The notes under the pieces were generated by a model. That model searched no databases and was not told where the DNA came from. It was given only the letters and a program-made list of their open reading frames with translations. Both the position numbers and the translations under genes were made by a program. DNA of 63,985 bases, the filler included, from Fonticula-like sp. SCN 57-25 (Eukaryota): the NCBI GenBank assembly GCA_001724245.1. It is 3 parts of 3 records of this genome, joined end to end, with 100 filler letters (N's around TTAATTAATTAA, not from the genome) between each part and the next. Parts side by side here need not be neighbours in the genome. Positions count along the whole stretch, not along the records: positions 45,395 to 63,985 come from MEDX01000104.1; 2 more parts are not named here. One strand, written 5' to 3'. Below, piece after piece: positions 46,674 to 59,057 of the stretch; the first letter of the stretch is position 1; each line of letters begins with the position of its first letter.

Positions 46674-47038
46674 CTCTCCCTCTTTCTCATCGCAGTCGGG
46701 TTCGCGAATAGCCGGTACGAGCCGGTGACATCCTGGGCGCTACGGGGGGTAGGGCAGCGTGTGTGGGATGCGGATGTGCTAACCGAGGAGAACGGATGCG
46801 TGGGTATGCGGCTGGTGGATGGGCCACGCATCCGGCGGTGGTCGGATGGTGTCGCGGTTGGCGTGGTGCCATCCGCTACGCATCCATCGCCGGAACAGCG
46901 CTGTGGGGCGCATCCGTGACGCCCAGCACCGTCTCTTTGGCATCTGCCGCTCGCTTTTGTTTCATAGTGTCACTTTGCTCCCAAATTTCGGCTCTAGGGC
47001 GCAGTTGACTAACTTCGTGTCGTGATCTCGATCTGCAG
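46674..47038 (+). promoter_or_regulatory. RPL6 leader: TOP-like pyrimidine tract (46674-46688) and ~324-nt 5'UTR intron (46715-47038)
   Basis: ctctccctctttctc tract; GTACGA donor; GACTAAC branch at 47007-47013; CTGCAG acceptor 3 nt before the ATG. Confidence 0.6.
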
Positions 47039-47041
47039 GTC

Positions 47042-47761
47042 ATGCCCCGCACCGCTAACTCTGAGTTGATCCCGGGCGTTAACCGGTTCAGCCGCTCGTC
47101 GGCCTACCGCAGCGGTCTCCTCTTCAAGCGGAAGAAGACGACCACCGCCAAGCCGGCCGCCGCTGCCGTCGCCGCCGTCGAGAAGACCATCGGTGGTGCC
47201 AAGAACGGTGGCAAGCGCGTTGTTGCCCGCCCGCGCGCCACCCGCTTCTACCCGGCTGAGGATGTCGCCAAGGCCCTCCCCAACCGCAAGAAGGCCCGTA
47301 CCGCCACTCTCCGCAAGAGCATCACCCCCGGTACCGTCCTTGTGCTCCTCGCCGGCCGTTTCCGCGGCAAGCGCGTTGTGTTCCTTAAGCAGCTCAAGTC
47401 GGGTCTCCTCCTTGTCACTGGCCCCTTCAAGATCAACGGCGTCCCGCTCCGCCGCGTGAACCAGGCCTACGTCCTGGCCACGTCCACCAAGGTTGACCTT
47501 ACGGGTGTCACCGTCGCTGACAAGTTTGATGATGCTTACTTCAAGCGCCCCGCCGGTGCTCGCGGCAAGAAGGGCGAGGCTGAGTTCTTTGCCAAGCACG
47601 AGGAGAAGACCCAAATCGAGGCTTCCCGCGTCGCTGACCAGAAGGAGACGGACAAGCTGATCCTTGCCGCCATCAAGAAGCAGGATCCCCTCCTCAAGGC
47701 CTACCTCAACTCGAACTTCACGCTCACCCGCGGCCAGTACCCGCATGCTCTCAAGTTCTAA
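47042..47761 (+). CDS. RPL6: 60S ribosomal protein L6 (eL6)
   Basis: [55 protein letters not shown]; strong codon bias. Confidence 0.98.
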   Translation: MPRTANSELIPGVNRFSRSSAYRSGLLFKRKKTTTAKPAAAAVAAVEKTIGGAKNGGKRVVARPRATRFYPAEDVAKALPNRKKARTATLRKSITPGTVLVLLAGRFRGKRVVFLKQLKSGLLLVTGPFKINGVPLRRVNQAYVLATSTKVDLTGVTVADKFDDAYFKRPAGARGKKGEAEFFAKHEEKTQIEASRVADQKETDKLILAAIKKQDPLLKAYLNSNFTLTRGQYPHALKF

Positions 47762-48060
47762 GCGTGTAGTTATGTGCACATAAACCTCAACCGTATTTTC
47801 ATTCCCTCCCTCTTTTTTGTCCTTTGTGGGCCAGATCGCGCGTTCATGAGCGCGATCGTTGTTCGCCAAACGAACGTAAAAGTAAGAACAACTTGTTTAT
47901 TGAACCGTCGCACTAGCTCAACCAGGGCTAAAACTACAGAAAGCATGGAATAGTACAGCGTAAAACTTGACATGGCACAGAAGAGTCGATGAGCATGCAA
48001 ATAAATAATACGCCCCAAACATCTCAATGGTACATATAGCGAAACATAACAGGTAATGCG

Positions 48061-49113
48061 TCAATTCGAGGGCGCAGCCGCCTCGCTTCCTTCATAGAAT
48101 ATCTCGGTAAGGGTCTCGATAAGGTTACGGAGACCCAGTAAATACCCTTCGTCCGGTTCGGTACTATCGGGAATGTAGCACGAGTGTGCAAAGTCAATCA
48201 TCCTCAGGTTAATGCCGTTGATAAAGTCGGCACCGGGCTTACCCTCGTAAATGAGCAGCAGTGAGCTGCCGTAGAACCGGTACAGCGTGAGCGACTCGAT
48301 GATCCGGTAGAGCTGCGACAGCCGCTGGATAAATGCAGGGATGTACTGCGTCAAGACGGTGTGCCCGTTGTGGAAAAAGTTGCGAATGGCGCCCTTGAAC
48401 TGGTCGAGGCGCAGCCTCCGCCCGTCGTACTTGTCCTGGTAAATGTACGTGTTGGTCGCAGACTTGTACACTTGCATCCCGCAGATCCTCAACCCGAGCC
48501 TGCTCGACGTCGTAGACTCGCATTTTTGGATCTGCTTGCGCTTCTTTGACTCGCTCGCGTTGATGCCGTGCTGGCGCGTTCCAATCTTGAGGTCGAGAAT
48601 CGACGGGCACTGCAGGCCATAGGTTAAATCCTCGAGCAGCACAAACTGGTTGGCGAGCTGCTTCCCAGCGGCCCGCTGCGTTTTCAAACAGTGAAGGCTC
48701 CACGGGTTGCGCTGCGGCCCGACGGTCAGCTCCTGCTTGTGGCCGGCGGCGGCGTTGTCGTCCTCGGCAGAGCCGTCCGACGACGGCTCGCTCGCGGCGG
48801 CAGATCCCGGCACGACCATGTCATCCGACGCGGCGGCCGCCCCCTTGAGCGGCTGCTTCGTCGGCGAGGCCGACGGCACCGCGCTGCCCGTCATGACGTT
48901 TACTACGCCCAGGTAGTTGGGGATAAAGGCCGTGAGCGGCGCGTGCTCGGAGAGGGACTCGTAAAAGTCGCGCTCGGCGGGGATGAGCGGCTTGCATATC
49001 GTGCGCTCGTTAAACTTGCAGAGCGGCGCATGACCGCCCACCTGATGATCGTATGGCCGCAAAACGGCCTGCGCTTCGGCTTCAATTATAGAAGAGCGGC
49101 GGGGTGAGGGCAT
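48061..49113 (-). CDS. Inositol polyphosphate kinase (IP6K/Kcs1-like)
   Basis: QVGGH, LLEDLT...[36 protein letters not shown] and MIDFAH. Start taken as MPSPRRSS because the upstream ORF part contains a 52-nt intron-like segment. Confidence 0.92.
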   Translation of the reverse strand: MPSPRRSSIIEAEAQAVLRPYDHQVGGHAPLCKFNERTICKPLIPAERDFYESLSEHAPLTAFIPNYLGVVNVMTGSAVPSASPTKQPLKGAAAASDDMVVPGSAAASEPSSDGSAEDDNAAAGHKQELTVGPQRNPWSLHCLKTQRAAGKQLANQFVLLEDLTYGLQCPSILDLKIGTRQHGINASESKKRKQIQKCESTTSSRLGLRICGMQVYKSATNTYIYQDKYDGRRLRLDQFKGAIRNFFHNGHTVLTQYIPAFIQRLSQLYRIIESLTLYRFYGSSLLLIYEGKPGADFINGINLRMIDFAHSCYIPDSTEPDEGYLLGLRNLIETLTEIFYEGSEAAAPSN

Positions 49114-49913
49114 TTCACTCACGCCTACCAAGAAATCGTGGACGGGGACGGGCGATGGTACGACGGCAAAGGCGTGAGGTAGCGGCTGCAAAGTACGGGT
49201 GAGCGGCGAAAAAAAAAGCGGGAATCGAGCGGCGTACGAGAGCATTAGGCGCCGCTAAATGTACGGGATACATAAGAGGCCTCGGGAAATTAAAAGAGGC
49301 CTTGTTCCGAACGCACGGCCTCACAGAGGAGCGCGGATGTCGTCACAGAGACTCTTGAAAGAGAGGGGAGGAGCAACAAAAGACGGCAGGAGAACAAAAC
49401 TCCGCACGTTGAAAAACAAAGAAAAAAGACAAAAAACGGGGAAACCCTCTAAAGAAAGCCTCCTCGACGACGTGTCTCGAGAGATGTGGAAGAGAAGATC
49501 CTCGCAGAGCCCTCGGGTTGACCAGTTAAAAAGCCGGCAAAAACGAGGAATAAATTGGCTGCAGCCAAACTACAGCAACGGCAAACAGGCAGAACACCCA
49601 AAAAAAGTCCGCGGCTTCGCCTCTAGCACAGAGTAGCCCACAACCGACTATAAAGGCGGCCTCGAGGTTAAAACGTGCACGCTTGCAAACGCGGCAGACG
49701 ACGGCTCTTTGGAAGAATGGCACCGACAACAAGACAGGTTGGCTGACGTTACCGAAATAACGCCATTGGATGAATTCCAGCCAATGGGAAGCGAGGTTGG
49801 TAACTGGCTGCTCCACCACAACTGCGATTGGGCCAGGGGATCAGTTATACGGTTCCGCTGATTTGCCTGATTTACCTGATCTGATTTCAAGCTGATTTAT
49901 CTGATTTCCGGCG

Positions 49914-51185
49914 ATGGCGGCGGCGGGGAGCATGTCGGTCGCGGCGACGCCGGCGCCGCTTGCGGGCGCGTCGGCAGAGGACCAGCAGGAGGTGCAATTT
50001 TTTGTTTACTTGAAATATGATGGCTAAGATATCGCTGTAGGGAAAGTACAAGTACAAGGCAGAGATCCAGGCGATGATGTACACGTTTGGCGACGTGAGG
50101 GATCCGCTGCCGGCAACGGCGGAGACGATGGAGGAAATCGTGCGGGCGCACATAATGAAGCTGGTGCGTTTGTGTTGTGTGTGCAGTTGCATGGTTACTC
50201 ACTCTAGCGCAGGCTAGCGACGCGTATGCCGTTACCGTCAGGCGCGGATCACGGCAAATGACCACCGAGGATGTCGTCTTCGTCAGCCGCGGGAACAAGG
50301 AGCAGCTCGGGAGAATCGCTAGCTATCTGAGCTGGTCCAATGTGCGCAAGAATGTGAAGCAAACAACTGGAGGCGGTAACCAGCCGGACGAGGTGAGCGA
50401 ACTGTTTGAGGACGACGGTACGGGCTCGCTTTTTGTCGTGCTTTGCTGACGCCCGCTGTAGATAAACTCAAGCAGCCTGGCCGCAAACGCATCAAGCTAA
50501 ATTTCGACATCCTTCCGCATTTAACCGACGGCATTCGTGGAATGGATGCCCTTACCGACTCGACCCCATCCGCCCTGCTTCGTAGCACGGAATACCTTGA
50601 CGATCTGCAGGTACGTACCATTGCCTAATCCATGTCTCCTCTATCCTTGCGTTTGCTGCATCGATTCTGACCATTTTCCGCCCCTTTCTTTTCAACCACT
50701 ATAGGAGCTGGACAATGTTACGCGGGGCATGGCGGCCGACGAATACATGGAGTTTACAGAGTGCCGCCAGGCGAGCTACACCAACAAAAAAATTAAAAGG
50801 TTCCGCGACTGGCTCTGCCTGGGCACCTTTATGGAGATGAAGCCGAACGAAGAGGCCATTGAGGTCCTTGGCTTTCTCGCTTGGCACTTTACGAAAATGG
50901 TCACCAAGCTCAGCCTACAAGTGCAGGTACGAGCTCGCAGTTCCCCTTTGTAAGGTCCGCTCACATGTCTCCTAGCGTGACATGGCAAAGTCAGAGGCGC
51001 TCGACAACAAGCGCGCTTTCATCCCCACTCTGCCGCGGCGACCGGCGCTCTTCTCGTCCGGCAGCTCCAAGGTGCCCTTGCAGCCCGAGCATATTCGAGA
51101 AGCCCACAGGCGGCTGCAGGCGACCCCGCGCCATTCTCAGCTATTCCGTGGCATCCGCCGCGGTGCCTCGCTACATTTCAACTGA
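49914..51185 (+). CDS. SPT3: SAGA subunit Spt3/SUPT3H, multi-exon
   Basis: YKAEIQAMMYTFGD, TTEDVVF...YLSW..VRK, EYMEFTECRQASY..KK.KRFRDW, VLGFLA and LQPEHIREAHRRLQ. Confidence 0.93.
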
Positions 51186-51787
51186 TTTTTCCCTAGTTTC
51201 CTTTGTATATTATGCATGTATACTATTGTTTCATAGACGCATGGCGGCAACCAGAATTTTTTGCAGGGGGGCAACCCCGTTCTGTCCGCGCGCCCTGCGC
51301 ACGCGCACGCGCCAGTCTCGAGTCATACATCCAAACAATCATATTCTGCCATGTTCACTTTGTATCCGCAAACTGGTTGCAGATTGCAGCCGTATTCGCT
51401 GGTGGCGCCGCAAGTTCTTGTGGTCGACGTGGGTCGTGCCGCGAGGCGCCTGCTCGATTTGCCTTTTTCGCGGCGAGCTTCTGACTGTGGAAGCCTTTGT
51501 GTGTGCCGTGGGAAAGGAGAGAAAACTTTTTTGACGGAAATCCGAGTCGGAGAAGAGCATCGATTGCTTGATTGCTTTTTTCTGCTCAACCCCATCAAGG
51601 CACCTGTCACCTCTTCTAGGTGGCTCACGTGTCTCTGCTGAACACTGTGTATATAACTACTGTGCTCCTTTAAATTGTCCTTTGGTGTGTTGCGGTTAGT
51701 CGCTTTGTGTGTATAATTTTGTATCATTTTTTTCGTTTTTCTGGACGTCTTGTTTTTTCTTCATTTTGTTTCGGTTGAGCACGCAAC

Positions 51788-53677
51788 ATGGCCGAGATCA
51801 AGAACGAATTCAACCTGAACCCCGACGACATGTTTGACGGGGGGATGCTGCACTTTACTGACACGCTGGACAAGCGGTATGTCGCTCGATTAGGCCCTTT
51901 TTTTTTTCAATGACGTGGCTGACGTCAACACTTTCTTGCGCAGCAAATTTCTCGATGACGATGACGACCTCGATGACAAGAGCGGTTTCCGCAGCGTCCA
52001 TACCTTTGACGGTCTATCCGACAACGAATCGAGCAATGACGAATTTGACGATACTTACGACGACTTTGGCAAGGATCTCGACCTCAGGTTCGAGACCGAA
52101 GACCCCTATGGCGCCGAGTCTTCGGGCTCCCGCGGCATCGTGCCCAGCCTCACTCAGGAGCAGCACTCGCCCAAGTCCGGCAGCCCCTCGCCTGTACCGC
52201 AGCACTCGTCGCCTGCCATGAACGGGCTTTCTGCCGCCGCTTACGAGGCGCTCGACCGCAATTGCCGGTACGAGGTCATCCTCGAGGCGGCGACGGCGGC
52301 CGCGCAGCGCGCGGGAGACGGCCCGTTGACCTACCTCAACAAGGGCCAGTACTACGCTGTCAACCTGCTCGATAGGCGCAAGGAGGATATTATGCATACA
52401 ACCACGCTGCGCGTGCGGTTTCACGACTCCCAGCATCAGGTTGAAAAGAATGAAAACTGGCGCATCTGGCTCATGCAGCAGCCGTCCCGCAACTCGCGCC
52501 CGATGGAGATCGGTGCGCTGCTTATTTCTTTATATCCACTTTTCAGTGCGAGTATTAACCATATGGCAATGTAGACAAGATGGCGTCGATTGGCACCCGC
52601 AACCTCGACACGAGCGAGTTTGAGGCCATCCGCTTCCAGTGGAGCGGCGCCCGCGGCGCCAAGATCCTCGTCAAGCTCAACTGCCTCAGCACCGAGTTTA
52701 GCCGGACAAAGGGCGTCAAGGGCATCCACCTGAGGTTTGCCTCTTTGCCTACGTGGCGCGCCTGCTGACTTTTATGTAGGTTACAAACCGACACTGAGGA
52801 CGACAAGGCCAACTATGAGAGCCAGTACTGCCGCGTCAAGGTGTTCCGCGACAAGGTACCGTTGGCGCCTCTTGTTGTTGATTGGCTGCTCACGTGCGGT
52901 TTGTAGGGCGCGCAACGCAAGAACCGCGATGACCAAAAGGCGGTTGAGAAGCGCCTTGAAAAGCTGATGCGCGAGGACGGCTCCAAGACGCGCGACGGGA
53001 TGCTTGTCTTTACGCCGCCGCAGCCTCTCACGCGGTTCATCCTTGACCCCGAGTCGATTGTGGTCGAGGAGCTGCCCGAGGAGATCGCCTCGGTGCTCAA
53101 CCCGGAAGTGGTGGCCATCGCTCCCACGGCGGTGACCTCTGTGCCTGCCGCGCCGGCTGTCGTAAAGGCCCACTCGGGTACGGCGTCGCCGACGCTGCCG
53201 CACAGCTCGAGCAGCAGCAGCCTCAATGCGCCGGTCCTGTCCGACGGCACGTTCATGCCCAAGGCCAAGGTGCGTTTGCCCGCAAATATGCGTGTTTTTT
53301 GTCCATGCTCACCGTGTTTGCAGTCTCGCAAGCACGAGTTTGTTGATATTGCCGACCTCGAGCTGGAGCCGAGCCTGCCGCCGACGGTGTCGCGCAAGAA
53401 GCGCCCGGTGCTGTGCATCCTGCTCAAGACGCCCGAGGACCCCGTTTACAACGCGATCTTTTTGGAGCGCCTGACGGCGGAAGACCTTCGCCGCAAGCTG
53501 GCCGAGCGGTGCGGGCTGGACGTGAACGCGATCACGTCGCTGTGCCGCATCACCAAGAAGGGCCTCGCTGTCAAGGTGGACGACCGCATGGTCGAAAATT
53601 TCGAGGACGAGCAGGACTTTGTCATGGAGACGACGTTTTCCAGCACGGATGGAACAATGGCAATCAGTCTGCGATAG
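51788..53677 (+). CDS. Grainyhead-type CP2/LSF transcription factor, multi-exon
   Basis: LTYLNKGQYY, NCLSTEFS.TKGVKG and YCRVKVFRDKGAQRK. C-terminal dimerisation-like region (YNAIFLE.LT..DL..KLA...KKGL.V.VDD.MV). The LNKGQ and KGVKG variants are GRH-like rather than LSF-like. Confidence 0.92.
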
Positions 53678-54123
53678 AGCCGCTTCCTTTCGTTGCCTTT
53701 CTTTTCTTTTTGTTAGGTTATTTATCTTGCTCGTGTCAATACCGTCAATGCCCTGTGTGTTTCGGCGAAGGACCGTTGTTCCATCCTTCCGCATTTCTCG
53801 ATTTGCGCCACTTTCTGTTGCTATTCTTTCTATTACTTTAAATATATCGATGCGGCACAGTATTTGAGAGCAGCAAACTCTTTTCCCAGTAGGCACAAAT
53901 CCCCGATCGATGTGTTTCAAAATCCCCAAAAACTGCCCGGCCTCCTCGCACCTCCTGGATCGTTTTGCTGACGTCATTCATCAACAAGATGGGCGTCACG
54001 ATGGCGTCGGTGCTGAAATATGAAACGGGGTCCGTCATTGTGCGCCCATTTCTGCGGGGTTCATAATGAGCTCTGCTCGCTTGTTTTGCTCTTTATCTTC
54101 TCCTCTCGCGAGTGAAATCATCC

Positions 54124-56358
54124 ATGGGACGCGCAAGAGTGAATCTGTTTGTGGGACTGTTCGTCCTCGCCGCCTTGGCGGCCGCCGCGGTGGCGCATCC
54201 GCTGCCCGGCCTCTTTGACCTCGTACGCGGCGCCTTTTTGCCGAGCGTAGCGTATGCTAAACGACGCACTCAATATAGTTCACGCGCGGGAATCGCCAGA
54301 CCGGTGAGATCAAGTCACCCAAGGCTGACCCGCAGGAGCAGTCGGAAGTCTTCATGCCCGTCTTCTTGCAAGGCATGGAAAGCGGAGGGTTGAACCCCAG
54401 CGCTTTCCTTCGCAAATCTGTGCGTTCACTATAGTCATGTTTGTGTTTTTTCTAACGAGTGCGACGCTAGGCTGACTACTTTGACAACCCGCACAAGGTC
54501 ATCGAGCACGTCCTCGAGGGCCTGCACCAGGCCGAGGACGCCCTCCTCAAAATATCCGAGAACGTACGCTGCCGCAAGTACTTGGCGCTTGCTCACATGT
54601 CGGGGGCGTAGCTGAAAGAGCAGCATCCGGAATATTCGGAGCGCAAGTACAGTACGGACAGTGTCGACCGCGACCATTATGGCGTCGATCGCGACTATTA
54701 TGACGCCGACGAGGACAAGGAAGACGTCCACGAGCATGTCGAAGAAGAGCCTGCCCCGACCGGCCTCTGGGGATCGTTTAAGAACGGTCTATACAACGTA
54801 TGCTTCGTCTCGACTCGCTAGAGTTTGTTCTTATTTGTGTGTGTGCTAGGCTGGTAGCAAGCTCGCCTTCTGGGCCCCCAAGTCACCGAGTACGATTGTC
54901 TCGCTTCTTACCCGGCGGGCCCCTCTCACGCGCGCGCCCTCGATAGAGCAAGAAGTGAAGCGGACTGGCGACAAGGTTCATGAAAAGTATGAGACGCTCA
55001 AGGAGCGCGCTGGCGGAGCGGTGAACCGCGCTATCGGCGGCCGTCGCATGTCGCAAGGTCGCGTCTCACACGAGGCCGGCGACGCGTACGAGGCAGCCAA
55101 GGACAAGGCGAGTGACACGTACGAAGCGGCCAAGGACAAGGCGAGCGACACGTACGAGTATGTCAAGGACAGGGCGGGCGACACATATGAAACGGTCAAG
55201 GACAAGGCGAGCGACACGTACGAGTACGTCAAGGACAAGGCGAGCGATGCCTACGAGGCGGCCAAGGACAAGGCGAGCGACACGGCCGAGTCGTACCGTG
55301 ACGACGCAAAGGGTACCGCGGCCAAGTACGGCGGTGCGCTGAAGGGCAAGGCGGCCGAGACGTACGGGCGCGCCAAGGGCAAGGCGGCCGAGCTCAAGGG
55401 CGAAGGCAAGGGAAAGTACCACGAGCTCAAGGGAGAGGGCAAGGAAAAGTACCACGACGCCAAGGACGCTGCCAAGGAATCGCTCCGCGGCGCGCGCGAC
55501 AAGAGCGGCGGCACCTTTGAGGCCGTCAAGGAGCGCGTCGACCACGCGTACGAGGCTGTCAAGGACAAGGCCGGTGAGGTGCTCGGCGCCGCCAAGGAAA
55601 AGGGCGGCGAGATGTTTGGCGCCGCCAAGGAAAAGGGCGACGAGATGTACGACGCGTACGAGAATGCCAAGGCCAAGGCGCGGTCCAAGAGGAAGGAGGC
55701 CCAGGAAAAGAGCGACGAGTTGAGCGACGAGGCCGCCGACATTTTTGAGCGTCTCAAGCGCAAGGGATACCATGAGCGCACCGGGCCGACGCGCACAGCC
55801 GGCGAGGAAGGCCGCGCCGCCGAGGACGAGGAAGCGTCCGCCGTCGACGCCATCAAGGAATTTTCGCACCCGTACTATGAGTCGGCGGCGAGCGCGCTGC
55901 AAGACCTGCGCGCGCGCGTGGACGACGCGCTAAAGATGGTCAAGGACCGCGGCTCGGACGCTGTCGACGCGACGCGCGTCAAGGCGCGCGAGGGGTATGA
56001 GGTCGCCAAGGACAAGGCTTCCGAAAAGGCCGCCGATGCCAAGGACGTGCTCTACGACGCCAGCGTCGCCGCAAAGGACAAGGCTCTGGAGATTGGCGCG
56101 GCGGCAAAGGACAAGGCGTTGGAGGCCGGCGCGGTCGTCAAGGACAAGGCCATCGAGACGGGCATGTGGGGCGCTGAGGTCGCAAAGGAAAAGGGCGCTG
56201 TGCTCAAGGACAAGGTACGCTCTGGCAGTAGGGGAACGCGTGGCTCACTGTGTGTGACATAGACGAGCGAGCAAGCGTCGCGCGCCGTGCATGCAAGCCG
56301 GCACGCTACGGCGGAGGGAATGCGCAAGGCCGCCGACAAGATCGATTCGGAGGACTGA
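54124..56358 (+). CDS. Secreted LEA-like (group 3-type 11-mer repeat) hydrophilic protein, multi-exon
   Basis: Signal peptide MGRARVNLFVGLFVLAALAAAAVA-HP; several 11-mer arrays (YEAAKDKASDT, AAKEKGGEM, AAKDKALE). Confidence 0.75.
55081..55284 (+). repeat. Coding 33-bp tandem repeat (DTYEAAKDKAS), ~6 copies
   Basis: Units such as gacacgtacgaagcggccaaggacaaggcgagc. Confidence 0.9.
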
Positions 56359-56561
56359 AGGAGAGTATAGCTTTGTGATCGCTTTCAAACATTTTGACAA
56401 TAAAAAAGAGAAATGAAGAATACATATGTTGCCCAAACAACGTTGCTGTGCAATGTGCATGAGAAAAGGCGGTGGAATAGCGTCGTTTTCGTTCAAATGC
56501 CCTCTCGATATTGATAGAATTTATCAGTTTGCGAGTTTTGAAGCATCAATTAAATCTCGCC

Positions 56562-57106
<545 letters not shown>

Positions 57107-57310
57107 ACCACACATGTATCCCTGGCTTCCGCCGTTTGCTTGCATAACAACATAGATAATAAAATGGTAAACTTTCGATATTCAACCTCTGTTGGACACT
57201 ATTTCAAATGGATCTGTGCCCATGACACTAGCTCAACATACAAGACATTCAATTTATTTAGTTAATCACAATCATAAACGAAAAATGATGATAAAATATA
57301 GCGCAAAGGT

Positions 57311-57755
57311 CTACAGTCCCCGCTCTCCTGGTGTACGGGCGAGCTCGCGAATGCGCCGCCGCCTCAAGACGGCGATTTGGTGGCGAGCGCTCGACGACTC
57401 CAGCTTGATCTGCTCCTTCAACCGGCTGACCTCGCGGGCAGTGTCCGGTGTCCGCGCGACCATCGCGATATAAAGCCCAGAAACATTATACTTCTTCGCC
57501 AACTTGCTCTGCGAGTTGGCGACGGGGTCCTTGGCGCGCAGCGCACGGATCTCCGCCTTTTGCTCCTCCGTCAAGAGCACACGAGGCGCCTGCATTCCAA
57601 GAAAAAAAAGACCGATGAGTGCCGCGCTTTTCACAATAAACAAAATAGAAAGGGTGACGTACCGCGCTAGCAACGGCGTAGGAACGACTAAGCACGCTAG
57701 AGGCCGCGCGCAGCACCGAGCCAGTGCACTGGCGCCACGCCGTCAGCGATGCCAT
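57311..57755 (-). CDS. Mitochondrial ribosomal protein mL58 (fungal MRPL20-type), 2 exons
   Basis: Arg/Ser/Ala-rich presequence; LTEEQKAEIRALRAKDP...KLAKKYNVSGLYIAMVA resembles the MRP-L20 family motif. Confidence 0.7.
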
Positions 57756-57879
57756 GATGGGGTGAAAGACGAACGAGTCCGCAAGGCCGGCCGTAATCGT
57801 GACGGTATCGATACGGTAAAGATCGAATGTACAGTCAGCATAGATTCATCGACCACCGCAAAGTGCGAGTGCTGACGAC

Positions 57880-58705
57880 ATGCCGGGCGATGACGACAGC
57901 GCGGGGGTGAGCGAGACGTGGGAGAGCAGCGACAGTGTTAATGCTGAGCCGGAGAAGCAGGAGGACCCGCATCCCTCGAGCCTGTGGACGCCGGAAGAGC
58001 TTCAAGTACGCTTTCCGACTAGTTGTGCTCGGTATCTCACCGCGTCACGTAGGAGCATTTGAAGCGAGCTGACGAGTTCAAGGTAAAGGGAAATGAGCTT
58101 TTTACCAAGGGCGAGTATATGGACGCGAGTATTGAATATCAGTTTGCACTTGACGAGGTGCCGCCAAAGCACGAAGTGGCGGCCATCTACTACAACAACC
58201 TTGCGGCCTGCCACAAAAATCTCAAAGAGTGGACCGAGGCGGTCACCGCCTGCACCAAAGGTTCGCTTTCCCAGTGTACCACACGAGTACTGACGCAGGC
58301 CGCAAAGCGATTGAAATTAACCCCAAGTACGTCAAGGCGCTCGTACGGCGCGCGCAGTGCCGCGAGGCGGGAACGCCCGGCGACTTTGGCGCCATGTCAG
58401 GGGCCCTCGAGGGTGCGTCCCATGCTGCAACCTTTGTTTGGCTGACTCGCGAATAAACAGATTGGAAAAAGGTGCTGGAGATTGAGCCGCAGCACAGGGA
58501 AGCGATTGCGGAGCAGCGCCGCCTCGAGCCGCTCGTGGCCGCCGAGCAGGAGCGCATCAAGGATGAGATGCTCGGCAAGCTCAAGGGATTCGGAAACTCA
58601 ATTTTGGGTCGCTTTGGAATGTCGCTCGACAACTTTCAGCTTCAAAAGGACCCGGCCACGGGGTCGTATTCGGTACAATTCAATAACGGCGCGGCCAAGG
58701 AGTAG
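57880..58705 (+). CDS. TTC1: TPR protein TTC1-like, multi-exon
   Basis: KVKGNELF..GEY, YYNNLAACH, PKYVKALVRRA; C-terminal EMLGKLKGFGNSILGRFGMSLDNFQ..DP.TGSYS. Confidence 0.88.
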
Positions 58706-59057
58706 CCCTGCTTTTCCTGTAGCTGAATCGGCAATAATAAGTGATGTCTAGCAATACTTTTTTCATTGGTATTTGTGCAAATACGTTCATTCGATACACA
58801 TACACTTATCCATCCTCGAAAAACTACATCATAACATTTGACATTTACTTTAATTAATGCGTGTGGCAACACACACTTGCTGCTTTCCTAAACGGGATCC
58901 GCCTCGCCCTTGACGAGCTCGGGTTTCAATGCCGTCGGAACATCGAGCCAGCTTGCACTCCCGTCGAGGTTGGTCGTCATGTTGGCGGGCCGCTTGGCTG
59001 GCGGGCCATTCGAGTCGCCAAACTCTTCGCTTGCCTTTCTGCGCGCGTCCGTATTTG

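Noticed and set aside
46793..46900. Canonical H/ACA or C/D snoRNA in the RPL6 intron
   Set aside because: There is no ANANNA hinge between the hairpins and no RUGAUGA/CUGA pair. It is kept only as an unclassified structure.
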